DNA of 63,940 nucleotides, filler included, from Dirinaria sp. TL-2023a (Eukaryota), in the NCBI GenBank assembly GCA_051941275.1. It is 3 parts of 3 records of this genome, joined end to end, with 100 filler letters (N's around TTAATTAATTAA, not from the genome) between each part and the next. Parts side by side here need not be neighbours in the genome. Positions count along the whole stretch, not along the records: positions 1 to 22,207 come from JAVEBF010000231.1; 2 more parts are not named here. One strand, 5' to 3'. Numbering within the stretch: position 1 is the first letter of the stretch; each line of letters opens with the position of its first letter. Positions 1-12,231 of this stretch are shown one piece after another. The notes beneath the pieces are model-generated. The model did not search any database. It worked only from the letters and a program-made list of their open reading frames with translations, and was not told the DNA's origin. The translations under genes and the position numbers were made by a program.

Positions 1-8
1 AGTTCGGC

Positions 9-10
<2 letters not shown>

Positions 11-42
<32 letters not shown>
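11..42. repeat. (AG)16 microsatellite
   Basis: Perfect AG dinucleotide run read directly from the sequence. Confidence 0.95.
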
Positions 43-45
<3 letters not shown>

Positions 46-126
46 GGTTGTTGATTAAAGTAATTTTTTTGTAAGATTCCCACGATTCCAGTAGTATGCA
101 TTGAATTGGAAGCTTGGAAGCGGACT

Positions 127-1959
127 TTAGGCGCGCGAGGCTGTGGGGCCCATGGAATTGGTTGGCTGGTTTGCCGATAATTCTTTTATTCGAGGATTTT
201 TGTCTCCAGAAATTGACGGTTCATCCATTCCCCAAATCCCAAGAGCATCCTCCCAGACCTCCCGACTATCAGGCTTCTTTGCGGATATCCTTTTCAATCT
301 TCGCAATACAACGCCAACCAAAAGAGGCCCAATGATGGTGCACAGAACAACTGCCCACACGACTATCAAGAACAACGGTCCATTTGGATCTTCTCCGAAG
401 ATCCCACCGGCTTGTGCAAGTGACGAGATTAGAAAGCCGACTTCCCCGCGAGCAATCATTGCGCAACCAATGATCGCGCCTGCGTAGATCGATCTCGGCT
501 TCATCGGCCGTGTAGCATGGGGTAAAGGATCATTGGTAGCATGTAGCCTGGATGATGCTTTGGCTTGATGCGCAGAGCCATCGACTTGGGAAATGAGACT
601 CCTCTGTCCTCTGCTTTTTGTGGTAGCTTCTGAGCGAAGAGGTGGGACCCGATGTCTCTTTCCCCCTCCATTTGGCATTTGAGACAAGATTTGATGCAGC
701 CTGGTAGGCATCGGGACTCGGATCAGCCAAAAGCCACACGCGAATTTCGAAACAATCATCAAAAGCGTATAGATAATCCCGCGCCAGACAATGTTAGGAG
801 CGAAAATACTTCTGATGGGGACTGCAAAACCTATGGATGCGAAGAAGAAAGATTTCAGCACTCGATCGAGGGGTTGATCATAGTAGGTTTCGAACACAGT
901 AAGGCCATTTTCCCCGGTACGATGAGAGACGGTCTGTTGCTGTTTGGGGTCAGACGTGGATGACGTCTCATGAGGCTTTGAAGGCTCAATCTGATCGCCT
1001 AAGGATTCAATAGTGGCTGCCGGTGCAGGTGAAGCTGTCCCCTTCCCACGCGATGCTTCCTTACGAAGATTGGAGTCCGAAGATCTAGGAATGGTGCAAT
1101 CGTGTGGGACTTCCGAGTCCCACTAGCTGATAGCAGTGCCTGTTAGGTAGGCGGCGAAGAGATTTGATGTTCCAGCATAGGTAGCACCAGCAACCATTCC
1201 TACTAAAAACAAGGTATGAAGGATGAACGCAAGATGTTCTTGCCCAAGTATCTTCGATAGAAGCGATGTAGGATGTTGGAACCTGCATTTATTGAGCCAG
1301 AGAGTGATGGGCAGTATAAACAAGCGGCAAGTCACAAATGCAAAAGCCGCAAGGGCAATAGAGACTAAGATTGGCCTTACAACCGTCAATGCACTGAAAT
1401 TGCCAGTTTTCGGCCCCAATTTTGAAATTACTTGGACCATAACAAGACCTGAACGACGTGCATGACGGTAAAGGTTGTGCCCAGACTGATTGAGCATAAG
1501 ACAGCGTCTGCAGAAAATGTTTGCAGTGGCGTGGCGTCTGCCAGTACCACCAACATAAAAGACAGGGCTATAGGAAGAATGATCCCGATGGTAACTATGG
1601 TGAAAGAAAGCCAGAAATTTGCCCTCAGGCTTTTGAAAGACGTATTCAAACCACCTAGCCATCTGTGAAAAAATCAAGAGCGGCATGAAGATTCTAGGCA
1701 TACCTTCGTAGACAAGGAGCAATAAGCCTAGATATCCTAAATTGACACATACTGCCTCTGTATCTGAATCAAGCCACCTCAATCCCGGTGCTCCGGAGGC
1801 GATCCCAAGAAATACCTGGCCTAAAAGCCCAACGTAGAATAACTTATTGATGACATAGTTCGTGAGATTGAGAAGGAGCAAAAATGACGTAAGTGTCAGG
1901 ATCGATACAGGGCCTGGCTCGTGATAGGGGAGAGCAGCCACGGTCTCGTTCTTCGACAT
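127..1959 (-). pseudogene. Cation/H+ antiporter (CPA2/KHA1-like), disrupted
   Basis: Multi-TM protein with family-like motifs (LPYHEP, LGYLGLLLLVYEG, FFFASIGFAVPI, AMIARGEVGFLI). One intron follows VYEG. A frameshift near 1450-1465 joins 'GTTFTVM' to 'GLVMVQVIS' out of frame. An in-frame TAG at 1123-1125 (AIS*WDSEVPH) reads on in frame into ORF 127..897. Confidence 0.75.
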
Positions 1960-2699
1960 AATGGATACGTCTAAAATGGAAGAAGTCCTTTACATGCGAA
2001 TGGAACAGAAGGAAAGGAGGTGTTGGAAATCAGCCTTACCATCGCGCTGAACCGAAGATTACCCGGGTTTGGTCGGTGTATGATGTTTTGCATGCTAGAT
2101 AGAATTATTTCTTTCATTTCTTTCATTTCTTTCATTATCTTTGTCTTTATAGCAACCAGGTAGGCAAACACCTAATGCCTGTATAGGTAGGCACCTGGTT
2201 ATGCCTCCACATACAGTAGACTTTTGTTGGAAATCATTGAACGCCATGATATGTTCCAGGGCCTCCTTGAACCCCTTTAATAAAATAAAAAAAGTTAATT
2301 TCTACTTCACTGAATAAAATGAAATGAAATGATAACCACATGATCCTCCACAAAAAAAAAAAAAAAAAAAAGGGAGTCGATCATTGTTTATCGGTATAGA
2401 TATTGTATGTATGCTAAAATCTGTCTATCTATCTCCGTGTACTTAAAGAAGGGGAAAAAAAAAAAAGCTCCTAAGCAAGCCTATATGAATACATCAGACA
2501 AAATTCCTGAAATCCCCATACACGTTTGCGCTCGCTCACTTCCCTCGAGCTATTCTATGCTCTGCTCGTACAAATATAACTATGCTCGTACAAAAGTATG
2601 CTTTTCCATAAATCTTATCTATTTGGTTCTTTTTTCTCCTCTTCATTCGTAGCTTAATGCAAATCGTTAGTCATTACCATCGCCCATTTCTACCCCTTT

Positions 2700-5600
2700 C
2701 TAGATGCATGCTGTATTGCCCTTCGTACCGAAACGCACCCAATCCCATCTCGTCCGTCTCGCCGCCAGCAGCAGAAACGCCACGAACCGATACGCAACAA
2801 CGCAGATCCCCAACCCCATCACATTCAGCGGAGCATTTCTCTGCAGACCATACAGCTTCAATACATCCCGCCCGGTACCGATCGGGCACTGCCCCGTCGG
2901 GAGCTTCTGGGTCTCCGGACACGTGAAAACGATATCTTCGAGGGTGTAAGTGGCCAGGTTACCCAGGGACCATTTGATGGGGGAGATATGGTTCCACGCT
3001 TCAAGAAAAGAAGGCATGTTGAGGGACATGACGCCGCCCATGGTGGTACCCAGAGATAACAGCACCGAGGTGAGGTTGACCGCGAACCCTGTGTGCGCGA
3101 ACAAGGTGTTGAAGATGATGCCCACGCTTTCGCCGCACGACACGATGCCGAAGCAGTTGAATGCCACGATGAAGAACAGTTTTACTGTTCGTGGTAATCC
3201 GGCTGCGAGCACCGTCAAGACCGCGAATACAAGCGACGTGATAATCTCGAAAGGGATCTCGGCCACAGTGTATTGCAGGAAGAAGGCGCTGACGGGATAA
3301 GCGCCGTCATCATGTTCGCGATAGAAGACCGCTTTCTCATCCGGGTAGACTGCCACATTCTGTAGCATTCCCACGAAATAGACAGCTGCGAACTCTTGTA
3401 TAAAGCCAAGTCGGCTCTGAATACTTATGTAATCGGACTTGAGCGGTGCGAAAAATAGGGTAGTAATGACTGCAAATCCGATGACTTGGGTTGTGCGAGC
3501 GATGATGGAGGGAGGGTTTCGTCTAAAGTTGATAAAGCTTCGGTGAAGGAGAAGCGGAAAGGCAGCATGGAAAGGCGTCATTGCGCTTGTAAGAGCACCA
3601 AGTTCAGCTGGAGTCGCGATATGGCTTTTGGTGGGTTGAACAGGTGGAGAAGACTCCGTCCAGGACGTAATCAACGAGCGCACCTTCTCCCTAGTTGTAG
3701 CTTCACGCTTGGAATGTTGCAGGTCGACTGTGATGAGATCAAGAGCGAAATCGGCCGGGTTTGTGGCGGGAGGGCAAGAATGACCCAAAGACGCGAAATG
3801 CTCAAGCATTTGAGAGGCTGCGCCTGCGTAGACGGGAAAGCCACCTCGAGCGAGAAGCAGTACATGGCCGAAGTGCTTGAAGAGGTCGGAGCGAGACTGG
3901 TGGATCGTGAGAATCACGGTGCGGCCTTCCTCAGCCAGGCCCCGCAAAACATCTATAATCGAAGAAGCTGTGAAGGCGTCAAGGCCCGATGTAGGCTCAT
4001 CGAGAAGCAGCACTTTGGGATCTCTCAATATCTGGATCGCGATAGTGACACGACGCTTCTCGCCGCCACTGATGCCTTTTACAAGGTCACTACCGACGAG
4101 GTTATCAGCACAGTCGCGTAGACCCATCTTAAGAAGTACGTTTTCGGCCCTTTGGTTTTTCTCTATCTTAGTGAGATTATTTGGCAGGCGCAAGCCGGCC
4201 GCAAACCGAAGATTCTCCCTCACAGTCAGGTAAGGCAGCAGGGCGTCGTCATCCTGGCAAACGAAAGCACAGACCGACCGGACAACCGTTCTGGAGGGAA
4301 CAGCACCGTTGATGTACATGCATCCGCTCATTTCGTACTTTGTTGAGAACGAACTGTGTAGCCGATTGCCCATTAAGTTCAGTAACGAAGATTTGCCGGA
4401 CCCGCTGGGCCCCATAATGACGTTCAGCAAGCCAGCTTCAAAGCTGGTGTTGATGGGCTGTAGGATTGAGAGCTTTTCAATCTTTCTAAGCCTTATATTA
4501 CGCTTCTGTATGTCCAGAGAGTAATTGCTGAGCCTGATGTCTACCGTGCGGATATCGTGCTGTGACCGAGCTTTGATGTCTTCTTTGCCTGCGGAGCGAT
4601 CTGCTTCGGGTTTCTGTGCCTTCGATATGCGCATCTCGACCTTCCAGAATTGCAGTATCACGCCAGCTATGCAATAGAAGAAAAGCACGAACGCTACCAG
4701 AGCAGTTATAGGCTTCCACACCCAGTCATGAGGGAATCCGAGTGATTGCATGATGTAACGCCCGGTAAATTGCTCGCAGGCTGAATTGGCGGTTCCGCCT
4801 GGTGCAGGACAATCGTAGAGCTGGCCAGCAGCATCAGAAGCATTCCCAATGAATTCATTTGCGGCCATGGCGCCAAATCCATAAAACACGTAGGCGCACC
4901 ACTGATCAAGGTTAATACCTCGAAGACCTCACAGTTGAGCATGCCCTAGACGCACCTTGAGCCATCTCACATATACTGGAATCTGATGAGACTGGACAAA
5001 GTATCCACACCCTAAGCTTTGGATGGTGTATCCCATATTTGCAATCAATGATGCACCAGCAAAATTGCGAGAAACGGCAACGCAAGTCATGGCGAACGTC
5101 ACAGCAATATACTGCATCAGAACGCTAATGAAAAAGAAGATAAAAAATTGCCCAACTTCAGCTCGGAAACCAACCATGAAGTAGAAGATTGCCGAGAAAA
5201 GTAAAGGAACAGGTATATCTTCTACGAACAACCGAGCGATTCGGCGGCTAACGAGGAATGCCAGCACGTTGACGACACCTTCACTACGCTCGCGATCGAA
5301 AAGCTGAATGTCAATCGTCAGCCGATAAGTCTCAAAAAGGAGGATCAGGTAGCCTTGAAGAGCGACTGCAGTGTACAGCGCTCCTTGACGGCTCCGGATG
5401 CCTGCTAAGCTGCCATCCAATTGGAGAAATATCCAGCCGTTGATGACCGCCATGCTAACGGCTTCGACAAGACTGCCGACCATACCCATAGGGTCTCGAT
5501 ATGTCACTTTGAACGTTCGGGCCGTCAAGACTTGAATCTGACGACCCATTGCTGAGCGACGATACTCGGATTTACTGCTCGTTGGCGGACTCATGGGCCA

Positions 5601-6659
5601 CGGCTCCTCTGAGATCTTCTCGAATGCTGCTGAGAGCCTTTCAAGCGAATAGTCTCTCCACATCTGCTTGAGAGCTTCGACACGGGCAGCAGACACCTGT
5701 TCCAGCTCCTTAGTCCGCGTATCGACAGCCGCAAGGTCAATGAGGAACTCGGCTGGATTGACAAAAGCAGGTAGCTCATAGCCTTGACGTGCAAAAAGTC
5801 CCAAGCACTCATTGGCCGGACCACTATATAGGGGTGATCCACCGCTGAGTAAGATGATGTTGTCGAACAGCCCCCAAATCTCGGAACGAGGTTGATGTAT
5901 GGTGATGATGATGGTTCGTCCCTTGCTGGCAAGCATCTTCAGCGTCCTGACAAGCTGGAAGGCGCTTGTTGCATCGAGACCAGTAGTGACTTCGTCACAG
6001 AATAGGACGGAAGGGTTGGCCAGCATCTGTACGCCCAGGCTGGTCCGCCTCTTTTCACCTCCAGAGCATCCCCGGTGCGCATTGGTCCCCACCCGTGTAT
6101 TTGCGCATTCCTTCAAGCCGAGCTCGAGTATCACGTCCTCAACGACCTGGTGTCTTTCCGCGGTTGTTGCAGGAGGCGGCAACCGTAGCTCTGCAGCGTA
6201 GACGAGGGTTTCTCGAACGGTCAAAGTTGGCAGCAGGACATCCTGCTGCATAACGTAGGCCGATCTAACAGAAGACAGCTTCCTGTTGTTATTGTATAAG
6301 ATGGTTCCAGACGTCTCCAGCCTGCCGCCTTTCAATCGATCAGAAAGGGCATTCAGCATCGAGGTTTTCCCCGAGCCAGTACTACCGATGATGGCAGTAA
6401 GGCTGCCATGGGAAAATTTCGCATCCACATCGTTCAGGATCGGTTTGTAAGTTTTGCCTTGCACCCTTCCACGGCCGAAGCGGCTCTTGAAGGCTGCGAA
6501 CCCATTGGAAGATACGTCAATTTTCACGCGGAGATCTTTCACACGGATATCGACAGGTGCAACGTTTCGAAGAGAGAGTCCATTTTCTATGTCCTCGTCA
6601 CATGAGGCAGGGGAAACAGCGCGATCTCTTCCTTTCTCGAGGTCCTTCTCAAGTTCCAT
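2700..6659 (-). CDS. Full-size ABCG-family transporter (NBD-TMD)x2, YOL075C-like
   Basis: Two NBDs (GSTGSGKT/CSGGEKRR/FCDE and GPSGSGKS/ISGGEKRR/LLDE), each followed by a TM domain. A GT-AG intron at 4902..4955 joins ORFs 4929..6665 and 2700..4889 (WLK|WCAYVFYG). Confidence 0.92.
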
Positions 6660-7356
6660 TGCCACCAGCCAATACTAATGGAAGGTTACAACCGGTGACA
6701 AGAGAAGGCGAGCAGGGGAAGCGAATCACTACTGCTTCACCAACGAGAAGCGAATACTCAGACCCAGGATCCCCCATGTTTCATGATGGGAATCCTTGAC
6801 AAAGACCCAGAACCCCCCTGTTACCGGTCTGACGCGTGAGTAGAATGGGGAAAGGGAATTTGAGCGGTGAAATTCATGCAACCCAAACCCTTTGTATTGG
6901 GAAATCCACTCAACCAGTAACACATCATTCTCAGTGTGTCGCAACTTCCACTTCAGACACTCCAATTACCATTTTGGCCCCACCACTCACCACTGGTGGA
7001 TTCGGAAGAATAGATAGCCGAGGTGACGATCTCCACTTGACGCTAAAGCTGAGCAAGTTGCGGTCTGGCTCCCTTCGTCATCCAAGTCCATTTTCCGTGG
7101 TTCAGTGACCCCCGGCTTCTTGAGGTGAAGGGTCTAATGTAAGGTATATAAGGTATCTGAGAGTCAAGGGTTGGGGTTATCTGATTCATCCGAATCCATG
7201 TTGCCAAGAGCGAACACTTGTACCCTCGTACCTCGGTAAAGTAGTGTGCAGCTGCTTTGGTAAGGACTGGACGAATTGCATGGAGTTGGCACGACTGCAT
7301 CGCTCCAAGAGCAACTATCCCATGCCCCTCTTTGAAATATCTGGGATGCAATTATT

Positions 7357-8334
7357 ATGGCATCTCCATCTCCCAACCCACCACCCACACGCCTGACCCC
7401 CGAGCAACTCTCCACCTTCCACCAAGATGGCTACCTAATAATCCCTTCCGCGCTCTCCCCCTCCACAGTCTCCGCCCTCCTCACCGAAACCCACCATCTC
7501 CTCACCTCCTTCCCTCTCTCAGAGCACCCTCTCACGACTTTTTCCACGGGCGAAACCGCGCCCCACGTGGGCGACGACTACTTCCTGACGTCGGGGGACA
7601 AGGTCCGGTTTTTCTTCGAAGAAGACGCCTTCTCCACCACCCCCACCACCTCCACCATCATCGCGGGCCAACAACAAGTGGAAAAGCCGCAGCGGCAACT
7701 GACGAAACCGAAACACCGCGCCATCAACAAAATCGGGCATTACCTGCACGAGCTCTCGCCTCCCTTCCATCAAGCGACCTTCACGCCCTTGCACGTCTCG
7801 ATCGCGGAGCAGCTCGGCTTCCGGGATCCGCGGGTCTTGCAGTCCATGGTCATTTGCAAGCAGCCCGAGATCGGAGCGCGGGTGCTGCCGCATCAGGACA
7901 GCACGTTCCTGTACACGGATCCGCCGAGCGCGGTGGGGTTTTGGATCGCGTTGGAGGATGCGACGGTGCAGAACGGGTGCTTGAGCTTTGCCAAGGGCAG
8001 TCACAGGAGAACGCCGGTGAAGGAGAGGTTCGTGAGGAAGGTGACGGGTCCCGGCACGGAATTCGTGGAGGTAGAGGGCTCGAGGTGGGCGGGAGGGCTG
8101 GAGCCTGAGGGGCTGGTGGACGGGGTTGAGGGAGCTGAGTATGAATTGGGGGAAGTGGAGGCGGGAACCCTGGTGCTCATACACGGCAATCTGCTGCACA
8201 AGAGTGAGAAGAATCTCAGCAGCAAGAGCAGGTTTATTTACACGTTCCACATGGTCGAAGGACAGAACGAATACGATAGCAGAAATTGGCTACAGCCGCC
8301 AGACGGGGGGTTTTCAAGGCTATTTGATGCATAA
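7357..8334 (+). CDS. Phytanoyl-CoA dioxygenase family (PhyH/PHYHD1-like) Fe(II)/2OG dioxygenase
   Basis: 325-aa ORF with FHQDGYLII, an HQD iron-binding motif (PHQDSTFLYT), FWIALEDAT..NGCL and a distal H in HGNLLHKS. Confidence 0.9.
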   Translation: MASPSPNPPPTRLTPEQLSTFHQDGYLIIPSALSPSTVSALLTETHHLLTSFPLSEHPLTTFSTGETAPHVGDDYFLTSGDKVRFFFEEDAFSTTPTTSTIIAGQQQVEKPQRQLTKPKHRAINKIGHYLHELSPPFHQATFTPLHVSIAEQLGFRDPRVLQSMVICKQPEIGARVLPHQDSTFLYTDPPSAVGFWIALEDATVQNGCLSFAKGSHRRTPVKERFVRKVTGPGTEFVEVEGSRWAGGLEPEGLVDGVEGAEYELGEVEAGTLVLIHGNLLHKSEKNLSSKSRFIYTFHMVEGQNEYDSRNWLQPPDGGFSRLFDA

Positions 8335-8707
8335 GCTACTGTAGTAAGTCCTGATCAAACCCTTTTACAAAAAAAAGGCAAATCGGATGTCCCTTTCAGA
8401 AAATCCGTGCCACCTGTACCTTATTATTTGACTGAGCCCTCCCACCCTTGCACCCTACTAGCCCTTACATTTGCCCTGATTAAGCAAGTAGTCAAGCACC
8501 ATGGCTACACAGCTTCTAAAAGAACGCCTGCCTCTTTCACCAGGGTTGTAGGTTTTCCTTCCGATATTTTCATTTATTGCATCTGCTCGGGCGGAGGTAG
8601 ATTCTATAAGCCGCACCATCAAATGGCAGCATTTTTGTCGCCGTCACTAAAGCCGCCGGGGACTGTAGATGAAAAGCAAGCCGAAACCGAGCCATCTTTC
8701 AGTTCCC

Positions 8708-9508
8708 TCAGTCGCGATCGGGTATTAACTCGTAGCCTCCTTCGGATGGTAATGTTAATGCCGAAGCAACAATGCCGCCCACGGATATTAGGGTGACGCT
8801 TGCGCTAACCGTACACAATACCCATGAATCGTCGAGTTTCCAACCGGGGAAGAAGCGGTCGTCGTTATCGTAGAGGTACACCTATACCGGACATGTCAGC
8901 AACATTGTCTGAATATGCTGGCTGGACGGCAGTCCGTCGATTGCAGGGCAGTTGAAGCTCCTCGAGATCACTCACAACTATGCTCATAACAGCAAGCTGC
9001 ACTGCTGCAACGAGCAGCAACATGCCGCTCAACAACTTCCAGCCACTTGCCCGCTTCTGCACTCCACCAACCAGGATGACAATATAGGCGATGAGCGTCA
9101 TGCCTTCAATGACAATTGCGAAAGACATGAGAAAACCGACCGAGCGCCACATGGAGCAGAAATATCGATCGTTTCTGCAGTCCTCTTGACGAGGGAAGTG
9201 ATCGCAGGTGCCTGTGAGTGAAGAGCAACGCCGGTGTAGGCCGTATGTGTAGTGTATGTGCTCGCCGCTGGGCTAAATGGGAGCCTCCTTTAGTGGAAAT
9301 TCTAACTACCTCTTCCAAGTCAAGGTGAACGCACTGTCTCGTTGTTCCAGCTGATCCATCGGGGTATGATTATGCTCGACAAAGTCATCGCAATAGCTAC
9401 ACATGGATTGCATGTTAGCCTTGCGACAAAAGCCATTGGCCATCGATGGTCGGTCTTACCAGCTAGAAAAGCCAGCAAGGCCACGGTGTACACTATGCGC
9501 CGAGTCAT
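8708..9508 (-). CDS. Small four-TM membrane protein (claudin/SUR7-PalI-like), multi-exon
   Basis: Exon pieces MTRRIVYTVALLAF.., IAMTLSSIIIPRWISW, TYGLHRRCSS...C..FP..EDC, WRSVGFLMSFAIVIEG, LYDNDDRFFPGWKLDDSWVLCTVS...GGYELIPDRD*, separated by GT-AG introns. Confidence 0.7.
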
Positions 9509-10376
9509 GTTGGAGATGACTTCTACCTGGTCATAAGAAACAGATGGCCGACCCTCTTTATAAACTGCGCGGCCAGACAGCTATCTTGCTTCACCGCTGG
9601 TCCAAGGCAGCTAGTTGTTGAGAAGCTGGGGGAAGGAAGAGCGCGAAAGACAGTACTTAAGTAAGAACCTAAGTCAAGCTCTGTGAATCCCTCCGAAGAA
9701 TGTGGCGTGCAGGAGGTAAGCTGTTGGATTCACGTTACTGTATTCGTAGTTAGTAAAAGGTGCCGCGACTGCTGCCTCGTGCCGCCTCCGCTTGGCTGAT
9801 GGTGAACCGTAAGATAAAGTACGGTAGCTCAGTAAAGTAGGTAATGATCGGGTGCCAAGCAAACCGGCTGCACCGTCCGGATCGGGCAAATCAGTTGTGC
9901 ACGGGCACCGCGTCCATGTCACGTTGGCATCAATAATTTGAAAGGAGAGACGGCAACACAAGACACCCTTCTGAAAACATTTGCACGGGTATTGGAGTCT
10001 TTGGGAAGCGTTCGAATTGATCGTGTCTCGCGATTGGCAGAAACTTCTGGACAGCACGAACATCTGATGAGCGGCCATGGGTAACCTGCATAACGCCAAT
10101 CTGTCACATTCGATGATTGGCCATCACTCGCTACATCATTTTATGCACAGCGGTACACCGCGAATCAAAATGTGAATGCATGATAAGGAATAACATCACG
10201 CCTCTTCTGAGACCGCGCGGCCTAGAACAGTCCACAGATGACGGCTGTTACTGGTAGGAGACCACGGGGCCAAGTCCGCCAAGGGCCGACTTTATGCATA
10301 AAGCACTCAATCGAAGAATGTCGGTCTGTACGTGCATGCCAATCTCTCTGAATACTGTATTTTACCTTATTTTACC

Positions 10377-12231
10377 TTACCTCCCCCGAAGCCGCTTGGT
10401 TGGCCGCTGGACATGACCATCAAAGTCGAAAACGTACTCGCCATTCCCATCTCTCGAACCCCTCCTCCATCTCCGACCTGCTTCTGCTTGCATAGCCCCA
10501 TTGCGCACTTCTGGATACGTCGGCAGAAGCTCCTTCTCAATCGCTCTCGGGCTCTCTCTCCACCATTTCTCCGCCGTCGCAGCGTATTTGCTGCGGGTGT
10601 TGCCCAATGCCTCTGCAGCAGTCAGGCGGGCTTGGGGGTCCCATTGAAATAGGGATTTGAGCATCGTCACCGTTTCCGGTGAGGTTTGATCCAGGAATCG
10701 TCGCTCGATGTTGTCGACACGGCCCATCGTCAATGCTTCTCTGCGCCACTTGATGAGCTCTGGGCAGCCCATCGCTGAAAGCGCCGCCAGGTCGTTGGAT
10801 GATGGAGAGCCCAGAAGCTTCACGATCAAGGACAGTTGCTCAACTGGGGTCTCCCCAGCGAGTACGGGCGTGCTCAGAAGAAGCTCCGTCAGGACGACTG
10901 CGGCTGACCACACATCGACAGCTGGGCCATAGTTCTTAGTGCCTAGAAGTAGTTCAGGGCTTCTGTACCTATTCAAGCTCTCTGGATTAGCATTTCTACT
11001 TGAGGAAATTGATGTGAACAATGACAAGGCGCTTGTGACCACCTCCAAAGTATACCTCTCCAGCGGAGAGTGTGATACCGCTATAAGGAAGGATGAGGTT
11101 GAGAAGTCCTACCATATCGTGACCACGCCAGCAGTTAGAGGTCTAGTACTGTAGGCACGAGCCATTCCAAAATCGGCTATAAAGTCAATATTAGCCACGA
11201 CGCCTTAGCAAAATGCAATCTCATGCCGCTAGCCTAAGGCAGCACGACAGTGTAAATATAATGATAGTGTCTAATGCCGGTCTTAAGGAAACCACGAACA
11301 ACTCTGCAGCCCACCATATTGCGCTAGCACTGCTGAGTAGAAGTATCGGAACTCACCAAGCTTTAGCACACCCTTAGAGTTAAGCAGTATATTCTGCATC
11401 TTTACATCCCTTTATTCCAGCGTCAGTCCATAACCGCCGTTTAAAACCAAGGTAGAAGAACCGATGAATAATGTCATTCCTATGTAGATAATCCAGACCC
11501 TCGAGAAGCTGTCGAAATATGCACTTGGCTAATACCCACATCAGTGCTCAACTCCTGCGCGACCATGGTTTTCAACGTACTTTGGCTCAGCGTGTACTTG
11601 ACTCCTAACTCGTCGAGTAGATTGGCCAAATCCTACCCTCGGGGCACCGGGCACTTCCCCCACCCACGGCGGAGGAAACATAAGCCAGCCAATTGCGTCT
11701 TTGCTCTTCATAGCCTCAGGCGTAGACCTTTGGCATTGGGTCACCAACCTGTTCCGCGTAGTCCATCACCATGTACACCTCATCCATGACTTTTTCCCCT
11801 ACGGCAACAGCCTGCACGTTGACTATATTGGCGTGCCGGAGGGAACGAAGGATCGATATCTCTCTGAGAGCCGTGATTGGGACTCCGTTCTGCCGCTCTT
11901 CGGGCGACATGCGAACTTGTTTCAAAGCAACGATCTTGGAGCTTGCTCGCTCTCTAGCTCGAAAAACCACACCATATGCTAGATGTCATGTTTGAAATGT
12001 CGCACTCATGGCACTTAATCTTGAAGACTCACTGCCCTCACCGAGTCGGTTCAATTTCTCGTAGGCGTTTGCAGATGTGCATTGGCCTGGTGGTAAATGA
12101 GTCTATAGTTCCATACTTGGGGTATGCCAGGGAAGTACACCTTGAAAGTCGTGTTCGAGACCCGAGCCAAGCGACTGACCCGTGACTGATATCCAACAGG
12201 GTGAGCTTGAAACACTCCCAAGATTTGACAT
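10377..12231 (-). CDS. CMGC cyclin-dependent kinase, CDK10/CDK11-like
   Basis: Spliced exons give YEKLNRLGEGTYG, VALK, GVPITALREISIL, DYAEQDLANLLD, IIHRDVKMQN, ADFGMAR, VVTIWYRSPELLLG. About 7 introns; the first exon is uncertain. Confidence 0.85.
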
